24,245 bases of DNA from a virus. Lineage: Duplodnaviria > Caudoviricetes. Shown here one piece after another: positions 7,676 to 17,212 of this stretch. The notes under the pieces were generated by a model. That model was not told the origin of the DNA. It saw only the letters and a program-made list of their open reading frames with translations, and did no database searches. A program made the position numbers and the translations under genes. Within the stretch, counting starts at the first letter, position 1. Each line of letters begins with the position of its first letter. The stretch spans positions 1 to 24,245 of IMG/VR virus record IMGVR_UViG_3300032305_000858; one strand, 5' to 3'.

Positions 7676-8349
7676 TAAAGTTTTGCAATTAATATATCAC
7701 TAGAAAGTTCTAAATCAAAAAATCTGATACTCGGACTTATCCTTTTTGTTTTTCGAATTCTTGCACATTTACTATACAAGGTTAACTCGACATCTTGTTC
7801 TCTTGCAAATTTTGCAAAAGCATTATAAACACCAGGCCAATTACTGTCGTCACCGAATATGCAGCCACCGTCTAACAATCGATCCCACGCATAGTTTAAA
7901 TCTGCAGTAACCTCAGCTTCACTGTGACCAGCATCAATAAACACCACCGAAAGATTTTTAAGATCTAAAGATTTACTATCTCCTGTATGAGGTATGATAT
8001 TTGGAAAATCTTCAATATGCATTTTTTGAATTTCTAATAAATCCGATGGTGTTAATAGCGGCAATTGGTAAGTTTCTTGGAGATTCGATAGCAAAGACTG
8101 CTCATTATCAAAATTATTTAAATCAATTGTATGTATAATCACATGTTGATTATTTTTTGCTAACAAACAAGTAGACCCCCCAACAAACGTACCCATTTCT
8201 AAAATCAAGGATCCCGGCGGCAATTTAGCAATTTCTAAATTAATCCAATTAATAACCCAATCGTAGATACAACTATGAGGTTTTTCTAGAAATCGTTGTT
8301 TTAATTCTTCACGAATATTATTATAGGTAAAATTTTTTATTTTTTTCAT
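7675..8349 (-). CDS. Class I SAM-dependent methyltransferase (Methyltransf_24-like)
   Basis: ILEMGTFVGGST (motif I), HTID, FIDAGHS...DL...L..GG.IFGDD, WPGV. Confidence 0.85.
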   Translation of the reverse strand: MKKIKNFTYNNIREELKQRFLEKPHSCIYDWVINWINLEIAKLPPGSLILEMGTFVGGSTCLLAKNNQHVIIHTIDLNNFDNEQSLLSNLQETYQLPLLTPSDLLEIQKMHIEDFPNIIPHTGDSKSLDLKNLSVVFIDAGHSEAEVTADLNYAWDRLLDGGCIFGDDSNWPGVYNAFAKFAREQDVELTLYSKCARIRKTKRISPSIRFFDLELSSDILIAKL

Positions 8350-8350
8350 A

Positions 8351-9001
8351 TTATAGATCTTTGAGATTTAGATCATATAGAGTTGCAGAATTAAAATTAT
8401 ATTGATTTATCATAGTAATAATCTGGTCGGCTAAATCATTGTTTTGTTTTTTAGTAAGGTGATTTAATCGATTTGTTGGCAATCCTTCTGCTTCCATTTT
8501 TTGAGATTCCGAATCTAAAAAAGAAATATCTATTAATCTAGGATGTGTGTATACATAGTTTCCAACACTTGAGGCTTGCCATTCACTAAATGCTGGTAAA
8601 AAAATAAATTTTGTTTTTGGATGAAGTAGGCTAATTGTTGTCATGGCTAGTTGAAATATTTGTTCATTGATATCACTATTTTGTCTGTTCCACAAGTAAG
8701 TGTAAAATAAATCAATTGCTTTTCGTTCTTTGCCGGTAATTGGAGTGCCATCGTTATATTGAGGAAATCCGGCATGAATTATTTTATCACTATGAAACAT
8801 CCTATCTCCAGAAGTAATCGTAGCAATTACAATATCATAAAACTCATATTTAAGTGCGTGATCTAGTTTTGTGAACATGTAATTAAGACTCGAGGCCGGT
8901 CGACTATGATTTACAGCTTCTGCATTTAATATATTAGCTACTCTAGACGGCCATCCTTCATAGTTAACGCTATAACTATCTCCTAAAAATAAAATTTTCA
9001 T
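8351..9001 (-). CDS. SGNH/GDSL-like protein
   Basis: Block I ILFLGDSY at the N-terminus, W 7 residues later, NHSRPASS (block II-like), C-terminal RLNHL. Confidence 0.65.
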   Translation of the reverse strand: MKILFLGDSYSVNYEGWPSRVANILNAEAVNHSRPASSLNYMFTKLDHALKYEFYDIVIATITSGDRMFHSDKIIHAGFPQYNDGTPITGKERKAIDLFYTYLWNRQNSDINEQIFQLAMTTISLLHPKTKFIFLPAFSEWQASSVGNYVYTHPRLIDISFLDSESQKMEAEGLPTNRLNHLTKKQNNDLADQIITMINQYNFNSATLYDLNLKDL

Positions 9002-9735
9002 TAAATAATCTTGCCTTTATACATGATATCACCTGTACCAGACGAGTGTTGCTTTACAAGTTCTATATTTTTAATCTGATAATTATCAAAGGTAAGGCAA
9101 AACTTTTCCTTAACTCCTCCCTTTACTATATTTGCTAGATCGTTACCAAGTGCTATATTGTTAGCGGTATTGAGGTGATTAAGTCTCGGATCACCGTTTT
9201 TTAAAATAAAATCAAATCCTTCTGTATCAGTGGAGAATTCTGATTGAGTTAACGCAAATAACGGAGGAAACACACTTACCCCGTTTGATACTTTCAATTT
9301 AAGATAGCTATAAGAAAAAGAGTGCATATGTATTATTACAGTATCTTTAGGAAAGAGATCAACACATTCGTCTAACCATGCTTGCTGTGTCCATTCTGCA
9401 AAACTTGGATCGTGAAGATGTTCGTAATACATCTTAGCAGCAGCTAGTATCTTTGGCGCATACCAGTTAGGCTGATTTTCAACTACCCACCCACCTATCG
9501 GTATATCATCAACATTTGGTATCCTAGATCCTTCTGTGTGACATAATACGACAACTTTAGCGTCATTTAACTCTCCAGCATTCTTGGCTTTGATAAGAGA
9601 TCTTCGAGTAGCCCACCAAGATCCACCACTATTAGAATATTGCTTGATAGGCATTTCTAGCTCTTTGGCTAATTGATGTGGCCAAGTTCCGTTTCCAATA
9701 AAAGCACAATAACTATCCCCGGCTACTATTATCAT
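9001..9735 (-). CDS. SGNH/GDSL-like protein
   Basis: IIVAGDSY, TWP, YSNSGGSWW, C-terminal DPRLNHL; SD AAGGA. Confidence 0.65.
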   Translation of the reverse strand: MIIVAGDSYCAFIGNGTWPHQLAKELEMPIKQYSNSGGSWWATRRSLIKAKNAGELNDAKVVVLCHTEGSRIPNVDDIPIGGWVVENQPNWYAPKILAAAKMYYEHLHDPSFAEWTQQAWLDECVDLFPKDTVIIHMHSFSYSYLKLKVSNGVSVFPPLFALTQSEFSTDTEGFDFILKNGDPRLNHLNTANNIALGNDLANIVKGGVKEKFCLTFDNYQIKNIELVKQHSSGTGDIMYKGKII

Positions 9736-9765
9736 ATAATCCTTTTTAAAATTTATTATTTTGTT

Positions 9766-10677
9766 TCAAAATAAATTCATGTTAATTAATTTTTCGGCAG
9801 TTAATTTATGCACTTCTACATTAAAATGTCCGTCCCACACATATGGGTTTTCTATAGAAATGGCTATGTCCTGCATGAAATTAAAATGAGTTGTGTCAAT
9901 CATAGAATGATGTCTAATACTATTCCAGTGATCTAGATTGTAGAGAACCTTTTCTTTAATTAGACGTTCAGTATCGTTAAGATCGTCTAATATCCATGAC
10001 CCGTTACAAGAATCAATTAAAATTGGTGGCTTACCTGTTATTAAATTTATCATTTGGCACATTGTTGTCATATGATACATATATTTTATAAGTTGGTCAG
10101 GAGCAGTGTAGATTTCTAATAATGATTCAGAAATCTTATTTTGTATGTCATTAGGAAAAAAACCAATCGGTCCTTCATTAATAAATGAATGGCCAGCAGA
10201 AGTGTTAAAAAATTCGTATCGATTAGTAGATGTTAATTGTATTAACACCCTATCAATTGTTATATTTTTTCTTTTATATTCTAATAGATCTAAAATTGTT
10301 CTATTAGCGATTCCTCCCATGCTCGCTCCCCCAAGTGATGCATTTATAACTTCTATATTTTTGTCTATTTTCGTTAACTGAGCTGGGAAGGACATTTTTT
10401 TTTCTAAAAAACTTATATGATCACAGAGTGGTACGGAACCGAATTCTTGATTTTCTAAAAAATCTACGTGTAAATTTTTAGGATCAATGATCTGACCATA
10501 ATTCACAAATGTAGTGTTCATAAATTTTATTTTTGATTTACTAAATTTTTTTACTACTTTATGTTTAAGTTCTAAATCTTTCCAACTAAAATGTCCAGGG
10601 TAGTCAGGAAGAAACGAATCAGCTAGGCATACGCCGGCAGTAAAACTATCACCATTACAATATATTAACTTTTTCAT
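9766..10677 (-). CDS. SGNH/GDSL-like protein
   Basis: Start moved to 10677 (ATGA overlap with the upstream stop). IYCNGDSFTAG, long insertion, NASLGGASM, C-terminal DGHF. Confidence 0.65.
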   Translation of the reverse strand: MKKLIYCNGDSFTAGVCLADSFLPDYPGHFSWKDLELKHKVVKKFSKSKIKFMNTTFVNYGQIIDPKNLHVDFLENQEFGSVPLCDHISFLEKKMSFPAQLTKIDKNIEVINASLGGASMGGIANRTILDLLEYKRKNITIDRVLIQLTSTNRYEFFNTSAGHSFINEGPIGFFPNDIQNKISESLLEIYTAPDQLIKYMYHMTTMCQMINLITGKPPILIDSCNGSWILDDLNDTERLIKEKVLYNLDHWNSIRHHSMIDTTHFNFMQDIAISIENPYVWDGHFNVEVHKLTAEKLINMNLF

Positions 10678-11807
10678 TGATTTAATAACTTCCATTCGAT
10701 GGGCCATAGTTTAGAAAATTTCAAAGTTTCATCCTTTAAATACTTGTTTTCCAATACATCTATTTCGTCTACAAAATTGTTATTAGTTGTTCTAGTATGT
10801 AACTTGAGATTTTTTTTAAATTCCAAAAGACTATCTATCCCGGGAGCATTAGGAAATAATTGCTCACATCGTTCTATTTCCTCAATTGCACGTTGTTTTA
10901 ATTTTGGAGATAATTTAAAAACACTTGCATTTGAATTCTCTCCAGTAGACTCTAATAAATTCCATAATACTGTTTTAATATTTTTTTCGTATACAAATTC
11001 ATAAAATTCAACAAGATTAAATGCTGAATATATAGAATACAGACTGTGTGCATCTAGCATTCCATTCGTTTTTTCTTGGATGTAATCAATATTTTTTACA
11101 AACAGCTCCCAAGATGCACCACGACGAACATACTCGTATCTAAGACCAACTGTTTCAAAACTAACTCCCCAGGCAGACATTCTGTCATTTAATAATATTT
11201 GAGCTGTAGCATTTGTGTCCAATGGGACTGCTAAATTAGATAGGATATAAAAACTTCTGTCATCTGTTATAGTGTTAACTAATCGTAGATTTTGTTTTTG
11301 TAATAAAGGTTCACCGCCTAACATTAAAATATTTTCTATAGAGTCTATATTTTTTTCAATCATTAAGAATAGACTATTTTCATTTGTATCTTTTATAGTG
11401 TTTATTTTTAAACCTTTTAAAGTTGCCCACTTAGAACTAAAATATTCATAACAATAAGTGCAAGACAAATTACAAGTATTACTCCATCTAAGGTCTAATC
11501 GGCTTAACTTAAAAAAAGAACTATCAACTGATCCGTTTTCATCTTGGAATATTTTTAAGTCGCCGACCCTTTCAGATCTAGCATTCTGAGATTCTTGGCG
11601 CTGGCATTGTTTGCAAGAGGAGTGCCACTTACCGTCAAGAATATGCTGGCGAATGCTCATCGCTTCACTACTATTAATTATTTCGTCAATTGTATTTTCA
11701 TGCAATGACCCTAGAGAAGTAGACGCCGAGCAACAAGTTTTAATGTGACCGTCTGGCCCTAAGAAAATCTCAGTAAACGGCAAAGAACAAAATGTTTCTT
11801 TGTTCAT
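10674..11807 (-). CDS. Radical SAM protein with N-terminal twitch domain
   Basis: N-terminal FCSLPF...TCC...CKQC, then LDLRWSNTCNLSCTYC and GGEPL. Confidence 0.88.
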   Translation of the reverse strand: MNKETFCSLPFTEIFLGPDGHIKTCCSASTSLGSLHENTIDEIINSSEAMSIRQHILDGKWHSSCKQCQRQESQNARSERVGDLKIFQDENGSVDSSFFKLSRLDLRWSNTCNLSCTYCYEYFSSKWATLKGLKINTIKDTNENSLFLMIEKNIDSIENILMLGGEPLLQKQNLRLVNTITDDRSFYILSNLAVPLDTNATAQILLNDRMSAWGVSFETVGLRYEYVRRGASWELFVKNIDYIQEKTNGMLDAHSLYSIYSAFNLVEFYEFVYEKNIKTVLWNLLESTGENSNASVFKLSPKLKQRAIEEIERCEQLFPNAPGIDSLLEFKKNLKLHTRTTNNNFVDEIDVLENKYLKDETLKFSKLWPIEWKLLNQ

Positions 11808-13063
11808 TTAGATACCTTTATTTCACGCCAGTTTCTTGATTTATCATCCATCTTATCATGTGTGTAGATCCTGTCTACCCGACTGTAAGTTCCGCAGATG
11901 TTTGCACAATAGGCCATTTTTCCTTCTTTACAGCTTGGTTTAGTCCATGTGTCTGTGAATACTCTATCAAGATGATGTCCTTCCATGATTTCTTCTAAGC
12001 TATGTAAGTTTAAGTCAAAATGGTCCCAACCGTATTTTTCTATTTCATAGTGTAATTGTAAACTTTGACTGTCGGTATGAACTCCATTAAGATGTGTCCC
12101 CATATAGCAGCAAGGAATTACTCGACCTTTTTGATCAACGTATATTTCTTTCCCGCCGTTCATTGTTTTTGCTTTGCAATTGATTTCAGCGTTATCCAAT
12201 GTGCTGTTGTCTTCCACTGCTAACATTTCATAAACTTTACTAACTCTCTCGGGATAGTTATTATGTGTTAGTTTGCCTTCTTTCATTTTACGATAGTCTT
12301 CAATAGAAAATTCCCAGAACTGTTCATTGTCTGGTCCTTTTGGATTTTCTAAATTACGGTTTTTTGGATCAACGGGTGCATCAATCCAATAGTCTAATTT
12401 ACCTTCTCTGGTCATGGCGCTCATTCTAACTAAACTAGTGCCGTTATCAACTCCAAGAGCTTTTTTAGGAACAAATGAATAAAATCCTAATTCTTTTGAC
12501 AAGAGTTTAGCTTCGTCAATTTGATGTTCATTATGTTTGAAGATTAAATAATCCCATTCAGCCCTGCCTCCCGCTCCAGTATACGCCTTGACATTTTCCA
12601 TTAATTTGCCCCACTCAACATTACGCCTATATAGGTGATTGGTGTCTGCAAGACCGTCAATGCTAAATGTTATTTGCCAAGACCAGTGATCTCTATATTT
12701 TTTAGCAAATAGTTTGCCCATTTTTTCCCAAAATTCTGGTTTACGCATACCGCCATTAGTATTCATACGTATAACGGTCATTGGACTTACTTCGTCGATA
12801 TATTCACATATCTCATATAGATCTCGTGCCATTCCCGGATCACCGTGAACGCCACAAAATAAAATCACCTCGCACTTTTTTACCACTTCCGGGGGGAAGT
12901 ATTTTTTAAATTTATCTATTGTTATTTGATCTATTTCTAAATCAGGTCTTATTAACGGACTGTTAACATGAAATCTAGAACACATCGGACATGCTGCGTT
13001 GCATGCATTTGTTAATTCAATGTGTAGTTGATTTAATTCTGGAAAGTTAAAAAAATTATTCAT
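11804..13063 (-). CDS. Radical SAM protein with C-terminal SPASM/twitch domain
   Basis: HIELTNACNAACPMC, CGVHGDP, TNGG, FSIDGL; C-terminal INCKA...IPCCY...YCANIC. Confidence 0.88.
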   Translation of the reverse strand: MNNFFNFPELNQLHIELTNACNAACPMCSRFHVNSPLIRPDLEIDQITIDKFKKYFPPEVVKKCEVILFCGVHGDPGMARDLYEICEYIDEVSPMTVIRMNTNGGMRKPEFWEKMGKLFAKKYRDHWSWQITFSIDGLADTNHLYRRNVEWGKLMENVKAYTGAGGRAEWDYLIFKHNEHQIDEAKLLSKELGFYSFVPKKALGVDNGTSLVRMSAMTREGKLDYWIDAPVDPKNRNLENPKGPDNEQFWEFSIEDYRKMKEGKLTHNNYPERVSKVYEMLAVEDNSTLDNAEINCKAKTMNGGKEIYVDQKGRVIPCCYMGTHLNGVHTDSQSLQLHYEIEKYGWDHFDLNLHSLEEIMEGHHLDRVFTDTWTKPSCKEGKMAYCANICGTYSRVDRIYTHDKMDDKSRNWREIKVSK

Positions 13064-14273
13064 ATCCGATTACCTTAGCATATTCTGGAAAAATATCAGC
13101 AAAATTTTGTTGTCGATACCCGTCGTGTGTTTTTGTCATTTGTTTAAATTTATCCCATTCCCCCGGAGTGGATTTTCCGTTTTTAATATAATTAATAATA
13201 CCAGGGATATGGTGCTCGTGCATATACTGGTCAGTATGCTCCTTGGGAATATTGTTTAATAAATTAATAACATACGGTTTTATTTCTTCGGGTAATTCTG
13301 TTAGATTATAATGTCTAGGACCGTGAACTAAATTTAGATACGGACCAAAAGATTTAAAATGTTTAGAATGCTCTTTTAACAATCTCGGAAGTCCAGTAAT
13401 ATTCAATGTACTAAGTGTTATGCACCAACCGAGATATAAATTTCCCGTTCGATCATTTAACTCAATTGCTTTTCGCATGTTTTCCTTTGCATCGCTCCAC
13501 TTGGCCGGAAATCGCATGTATTCGAATTGTTCTTCGATTCCGTCAGTGCTAAAACTTATATGTACATGCCTAAAATGTTTAAAGATTTCTACTTTATCTT
13601 CCGGCCACTGAGTTCCGTTTGTTGCATAATGGATTTCCATATCACTAGCGTATCCTTTTTCAACCGCAACTTCGAGTATACGCCACATTTTTTTACTCAT
13701 AAACGGTTCGCCTCCGTAAAAGTCAAACTGTTTAATTGTTTCTAAATTAGCTTCTAAGTCATCCCAAAACGGACTTTCGTCGTCGTAGTGCTGATGATAC
13801 TTCTTCATATTATTAGCATATAATTTATATGTTGGAAAACTACTGTGTTCGTATACATCAAACTCTTCTTGCATCCATGTGCTACTAGAGTGGCTTCCGC
13901 ATGTACGACATTTTAAATTACAGGTATTTCCTAAATTTAATTCAATCTTTGCCAAGCCATTAAAAGCTGCGTTACCGTTGCGTAACCAGTCTGCGTATTT
14001 GTCGTTGTCTCTTTGCCTCTTGCTTTTACGACCTGCATCTTCTTCTTCAAAACACCAACTACATTTAGGGTGACGAATTCCTTCGCTGAGCACTTGCCGC
14101 ACTTCTTTAAATGCTTTTTGATTAAAATTAATTGCAATAGGTTCAACCCCTAGAAAATGTTTTAGATCTTCGTCGCGATACATACAACAAATTTTTGTTG
14201 AACCTGTATTGTTGCCACTCATTGCATGTTCGGCATTTACACACCAAGTGTTTTTATTATTTTCGTTTATCAT
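13056..14273 (-). CDS. Radical SAM protein with N-terminal twitch domain
   Basis: WCVNA...ICCM...CSWC, then LGNTCNLKCRTC, GGEPF, TNGT, STDG, FEYMRFP. Confidence 0.88.
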   Translation of the reverse strand: MINENNKNTWCVNAEHAMSGNNTGSTKICCMYRDEDLKHFLGVEPIAINFNQKAFKEVRQVLSEGIRHPKCSWCFEEEDAGRKSKRQRDNDKYADWLRNGNAAFNGLAKIELNLGNTCNLKCRTCGSHSSSTWMQEEFDVYEHSSFPTYKLYANNMKKYHQHYDDESPFWDDLEANLETIKQFDFYGGEPFMSKKMWRILEVAVEKGYASDMEIHYATNGTQWPEDKVEIFKHFRHVHISFSTDGIEEQFEYMRFPAKWSDAKENMRKAIELNDRTGNLYLGWCITLSTLNITGLPRLLKEHSKHFKSFGPYLNLVHGPRHYNLTELPEEIKPYVINLLNNIPKEHTDQYMHEHHIPGIINYIKNGKSTPGEWDKFKQMTKTHDGYRQQNFADIFPEYAKVIGYE

Positions 14274-15021
14274 AATGTTTTAATAGTTCTCTAATACAGT
14301 CTGGGTCATTTGAAACGTTTGAATCTTTAAGTATATCTATCATAGTCGATGTGTTGTTTAAATTTTCGTACATACGATCAGCAACTAGTTTATTATTTTT
14401 CCAATTCATATGACAATGTCGCATATCTCCCGAGTATATCATGTTTATAAATTGTTCTTGTTCGCTATGTGTTAATCGTTGTTGTTCAAATTGATGTAGA
14501 CTAACAGCATTATATATGCAAAATCCCACCCTTCTTGAATAATCAATTAATGTGCCGTCATCAAACGGCATAAAATTTATCAATTTTATATTATTGTCGA
14601 AACACAGTTGATTTACATCATTAAATATTTTTTGATACACATAGATGTCAAACTCTTCCGAGTTTGTGATAGGATATGCATCAAACAGAATTTTTGCAAC
14701 ATCGTATTGTTCTTTATCTACTGTAGGAAGTAATAACTTATTTACAGTGATATTATGCATTGTTTCGTATTCTTTTCGAAGACTATGCCACCGATTGTGC
14801 TGACTATATACAAATACTACATGTGAATAGTTTTTATAATGTTTTAAAAAATTATTAAAACTCCACCAAATACTGGTTCCACAAAGAGCATGAGTTGTGA
14901 AGTCAATCTGTAATAAATTAGGAAGTATTGATATCCACGGGTCTCTAGGAACAGGATGTATTGCTGTACCTATATCCGCAAAGCTATCGCCAAAAATCCC
15001 GAGATGGTTTATTACAGTCAT
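14257..15021 (-). CDS. SGNH/GDSL-like protein
   Basis: LGIFGDSFA, PW, HALCGTSIWWS, C-terminal DMRHCHM. Confidence 0.65.
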   Translation of the reverse strand: MTVINHLGIFGDSFADIGTAIHPVPRDPWISILPNLLQIDFTTHALCGTSIWWSFNNFLKHYKNYSHVVFVYSQHNRWHSLRKEYETMHNITVNKLLLPTVDKEQYDVAKILFDAYPITNSEEFDIYVYQKIFNDVNQLCFDNNIKLINFMPFDDGTLIDYSRRVGFCIYNAVSLHQFEQQRLTHSEQEQFINMIYSGDMRHCHMNWKNNKLVADRMYENLNNTSTMIDILKDSNVSNDPDCIRELLKHYDKRK

Positions 15022-15066
15022 TATCGTTTATTTTTTGTAGTTATTATAATTTTGTAAGGTGAACTA

Positions 15067-15861
15067 TTAAAATAGAAGGTCTTCATATATTTTATTTGTT
15101 CGATTACCGCCAAGAGATATATTCCAATAATTTTCTCCTGTAACACCTTCAAACTTTTTCCATAATTCATCATTACTTTTAATAATTTTAGAGTCTAGAA
15201 GTTCTAGAGTTTTTTTATATAAATTATCTACTAATAACGGATCTGGTAATAACTCTTTTGGTAGTTTAGACTGTATGTATTGAAAGTGTTCATTGACTAA
15301 TGGGTGAGGGTCAATATTAACTAGCATTTGTGTCACCGGTAAATCTCTACGCAGACCAATAGCAGCGCCGGTACCAAACATATTTTCATAACTGTTACCA
15401 ATTAAGGACGATACTACATCGGAATAAAAATTTAATAAAACCGGAAAAGCAGGAGATGGTTTGTTAATATCTTCTAAAGATAAAAAATAATAGTTGCAGC
15501 CTATATGGTCTAACATCATCTTGGCTGACTTAATTAAACCAATATCTCTAATTAAATAGCCAGTTTCGTCCCAATGATCAATTGCGCCATCACGATCGAG
15601 CAACTTCACCCATTTTCCTTTTACAAAGACATCCTCTCTATTAAAACTTGACCAGCATATAATAACCACATCGTCTTTATTAATTTTATGAAGTTGATCT
15701 GCATACATTAAACAATTATGTATATAGATATTGCCCGATCCCGGACTTCCATAATTATAATAATTTTCTTTATTAAACTTAGTTGCAACTAAATCAGCCC
15801 ATGTGGGCCACATGTACCTTGTAAAACTGCAGCCAAAGGCAAAGAATCTTTTATTTTCCAT
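15067..15861 (-). CDS. SGNH-like protein (GCSF variant)
   Basis: FFAFGCSFT, WPTWAD, NYGSPGSGN, IICWSSFNRED, C-terminal DPHP. Confidence 0.65.
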   Translation of the reverse strand: MENKRFFAFGCSFTRYMWPTWADLVATKFNKENYYNYGSPGSGNIYIHNCLMYADQLHKINKDDVVIICWSSFNREDVFVKGKWVKLLDRDGAIDHWDETGYLIRDIGLIKSAKMMLDHIGCNYYFLSLEDINKPSPAFPVLLNFYSDVVSSLIGNSYENMFGTGAAIGLRRDLPVTQMLVNIDPHPLVNEHFQYIQSKLPKELLPDPLLVDNLYKKTLELLDSKIIKSNDELWKKFEGVTGENYWNISLGGNRTNKIYEDLLF

Positions 15862-17212
15862 ATGTATCGTATACTTCCTTACATATATTATAAAATTCAG
15901 TATACTCCGGAAATGTCTTTAACAAATCTGTACCTAAACGCTTATCGTTTTCTGTAAAGAAACTATAAAAGTCTCTGCGGCCAGCACGAATTTTTTCTGC
16001 AGGAATTGTTTTTTCCTTCATATAATCCGTAACACGAAGCATTTTTTCATATTCAACATCTGTAAACCATTTTTTATTATCTTCAATAAATTTTAATTGG
16101 CTTTCTTGATGTGCAATAAAATCGTCTGTAAGAATATTAATCATCCAGTGTGGTGGTTCTTTCAAGTAAGGAGTATCAAAGGATACACTTTCAAATCCAA
16201 ACTTTTCACGCCATTCTATAACTTTGTGTAACAATTTTTGAAAGTTAGTTACACAAAGAACATTATACGTACACATTAAATTTACAGTAGCACCTGCCTT
16301 GATCACTTCGATCATATTACGTTCCCAGTGATCACATTTAAGTCCTGTACGCATATACTCTGCTTGCTCACCCCAACTATCAATACTGGTGAAGAAACTA
16401 AACTTACGGATCTTCTTTTGTTTAACAAGACTGGTTACTCTTTCAATAAGTCTATCAACACGATCAAAAGTTACACCTAAGTTACTGTTGAGTGTGATTT
16501 CTAAATGAGGACTTGGTTCTGTTTCTAGCAAATCAAAAAACTGCATTGCACCAGGATTCATTAGAGGCTCACCGCCAGTAATACGAAGAGTGTGTAAGTC
16601 ATTTTTTAAACTTGGCCACCACTTCCAGAATGCTTCAATGTAGGGATTTTCATCCTTAGGACCATAGTATGTGCCATTGGTCATAAACTCAATACCATAC
16701 TGATTGTAGGTTAGATCATAGTTACCGTATTTTTTAATTTCCTCAGTCCACATGGTACTTGCTTGTGGACAGCAATAGCCGCAACGATAGTTACAGCCGT
16801 TGCCAAAACTGACTTCTAAATAACGAGGGTTGACCGGTGCATCCCAAGGAAGCTCTGCTAGTTTTTCAATTAGGGGTTCCGAAAAATCACTCGAACTATG
16901 TATCATTCTATCGCTAATATGTTCTCCCGGCAAGTCTTCAATGTTCCAACAATATTGACATTCACCGGGGCGGCCGCCTTCTAACATGGTCTTGCGCTGT
17001 TCTTTTTTCCATTTAGTGTTGTGTAACGCACTAGGATCAACAGCAATTTCATCTAAGCCAATATGATGTGGGCGTGGATGATAGCAACTGTGATTATCAC
17101 CGGTGTGTAAATACAGGGTTTGATGCAACCACTTCATTGCACAGAATCCCGGACCAACTTCGTTTAATCTATCTCTTACGTTTTTAATAAACGTCACTCT
17201 GTTTTCTTGCAT
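15851..17212 (-). CDS. Radical SAM protein with N-terminal twitch-like domain (SCYHP subtype)
   Basis: Start moved to 17212 (SD GAGG). FCAMKW...HSCYHP...CQYCW, then CNYRCGYC and ITGGEPL. Confidence 0.88.
   Translation of the reverse strand: MQENRVTFIKNVRDRLNEVGPGFCAMKWLHQTLYLHTGDNHSCYHPRPHHIGLDEIAVDPSALHNTKWKKEQRKTMLEGGRPGECQYCWNIEDLPGEHISDRMIHSSSDFSEPLIEKLAELPWDAPVNPRYLEVSFGNGCNYRCGYCCPQASTMWTEEIKKYGNYDLTYNQYGIEFMTNGTYYGPKDENPYIEAFWKWWPSLKNDLHTLRITGGEPLMNPGAMQFFDLLETEPSPHLEITLNSNLGVTFDRVDRLIERVTSLVKQKKIRKFSFFTSIDSWGEQAEYMRTGLKCDHWERNMIEVIKAGATVNLMCTYNVLCVTNFQKLLHKVIEWREKFGFESVSFDTPYLKEPPHWMINILTDDFIAHQESQLKFIEDNKKWFTDVEYEKMLRVTDYMKEKTIPAEKIRAGRRDFYSFFTENDKRLGTDLLKTFPEYTEFYNICKEVYDTYGK

Noticed and set aside
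15022-15066. TATAAT on the - strand (15048-15043) in a 45-nt gap as an internal promoter
   Set aside because: No convincing -35 and the region is very AT-rich, so a chance match is likely.
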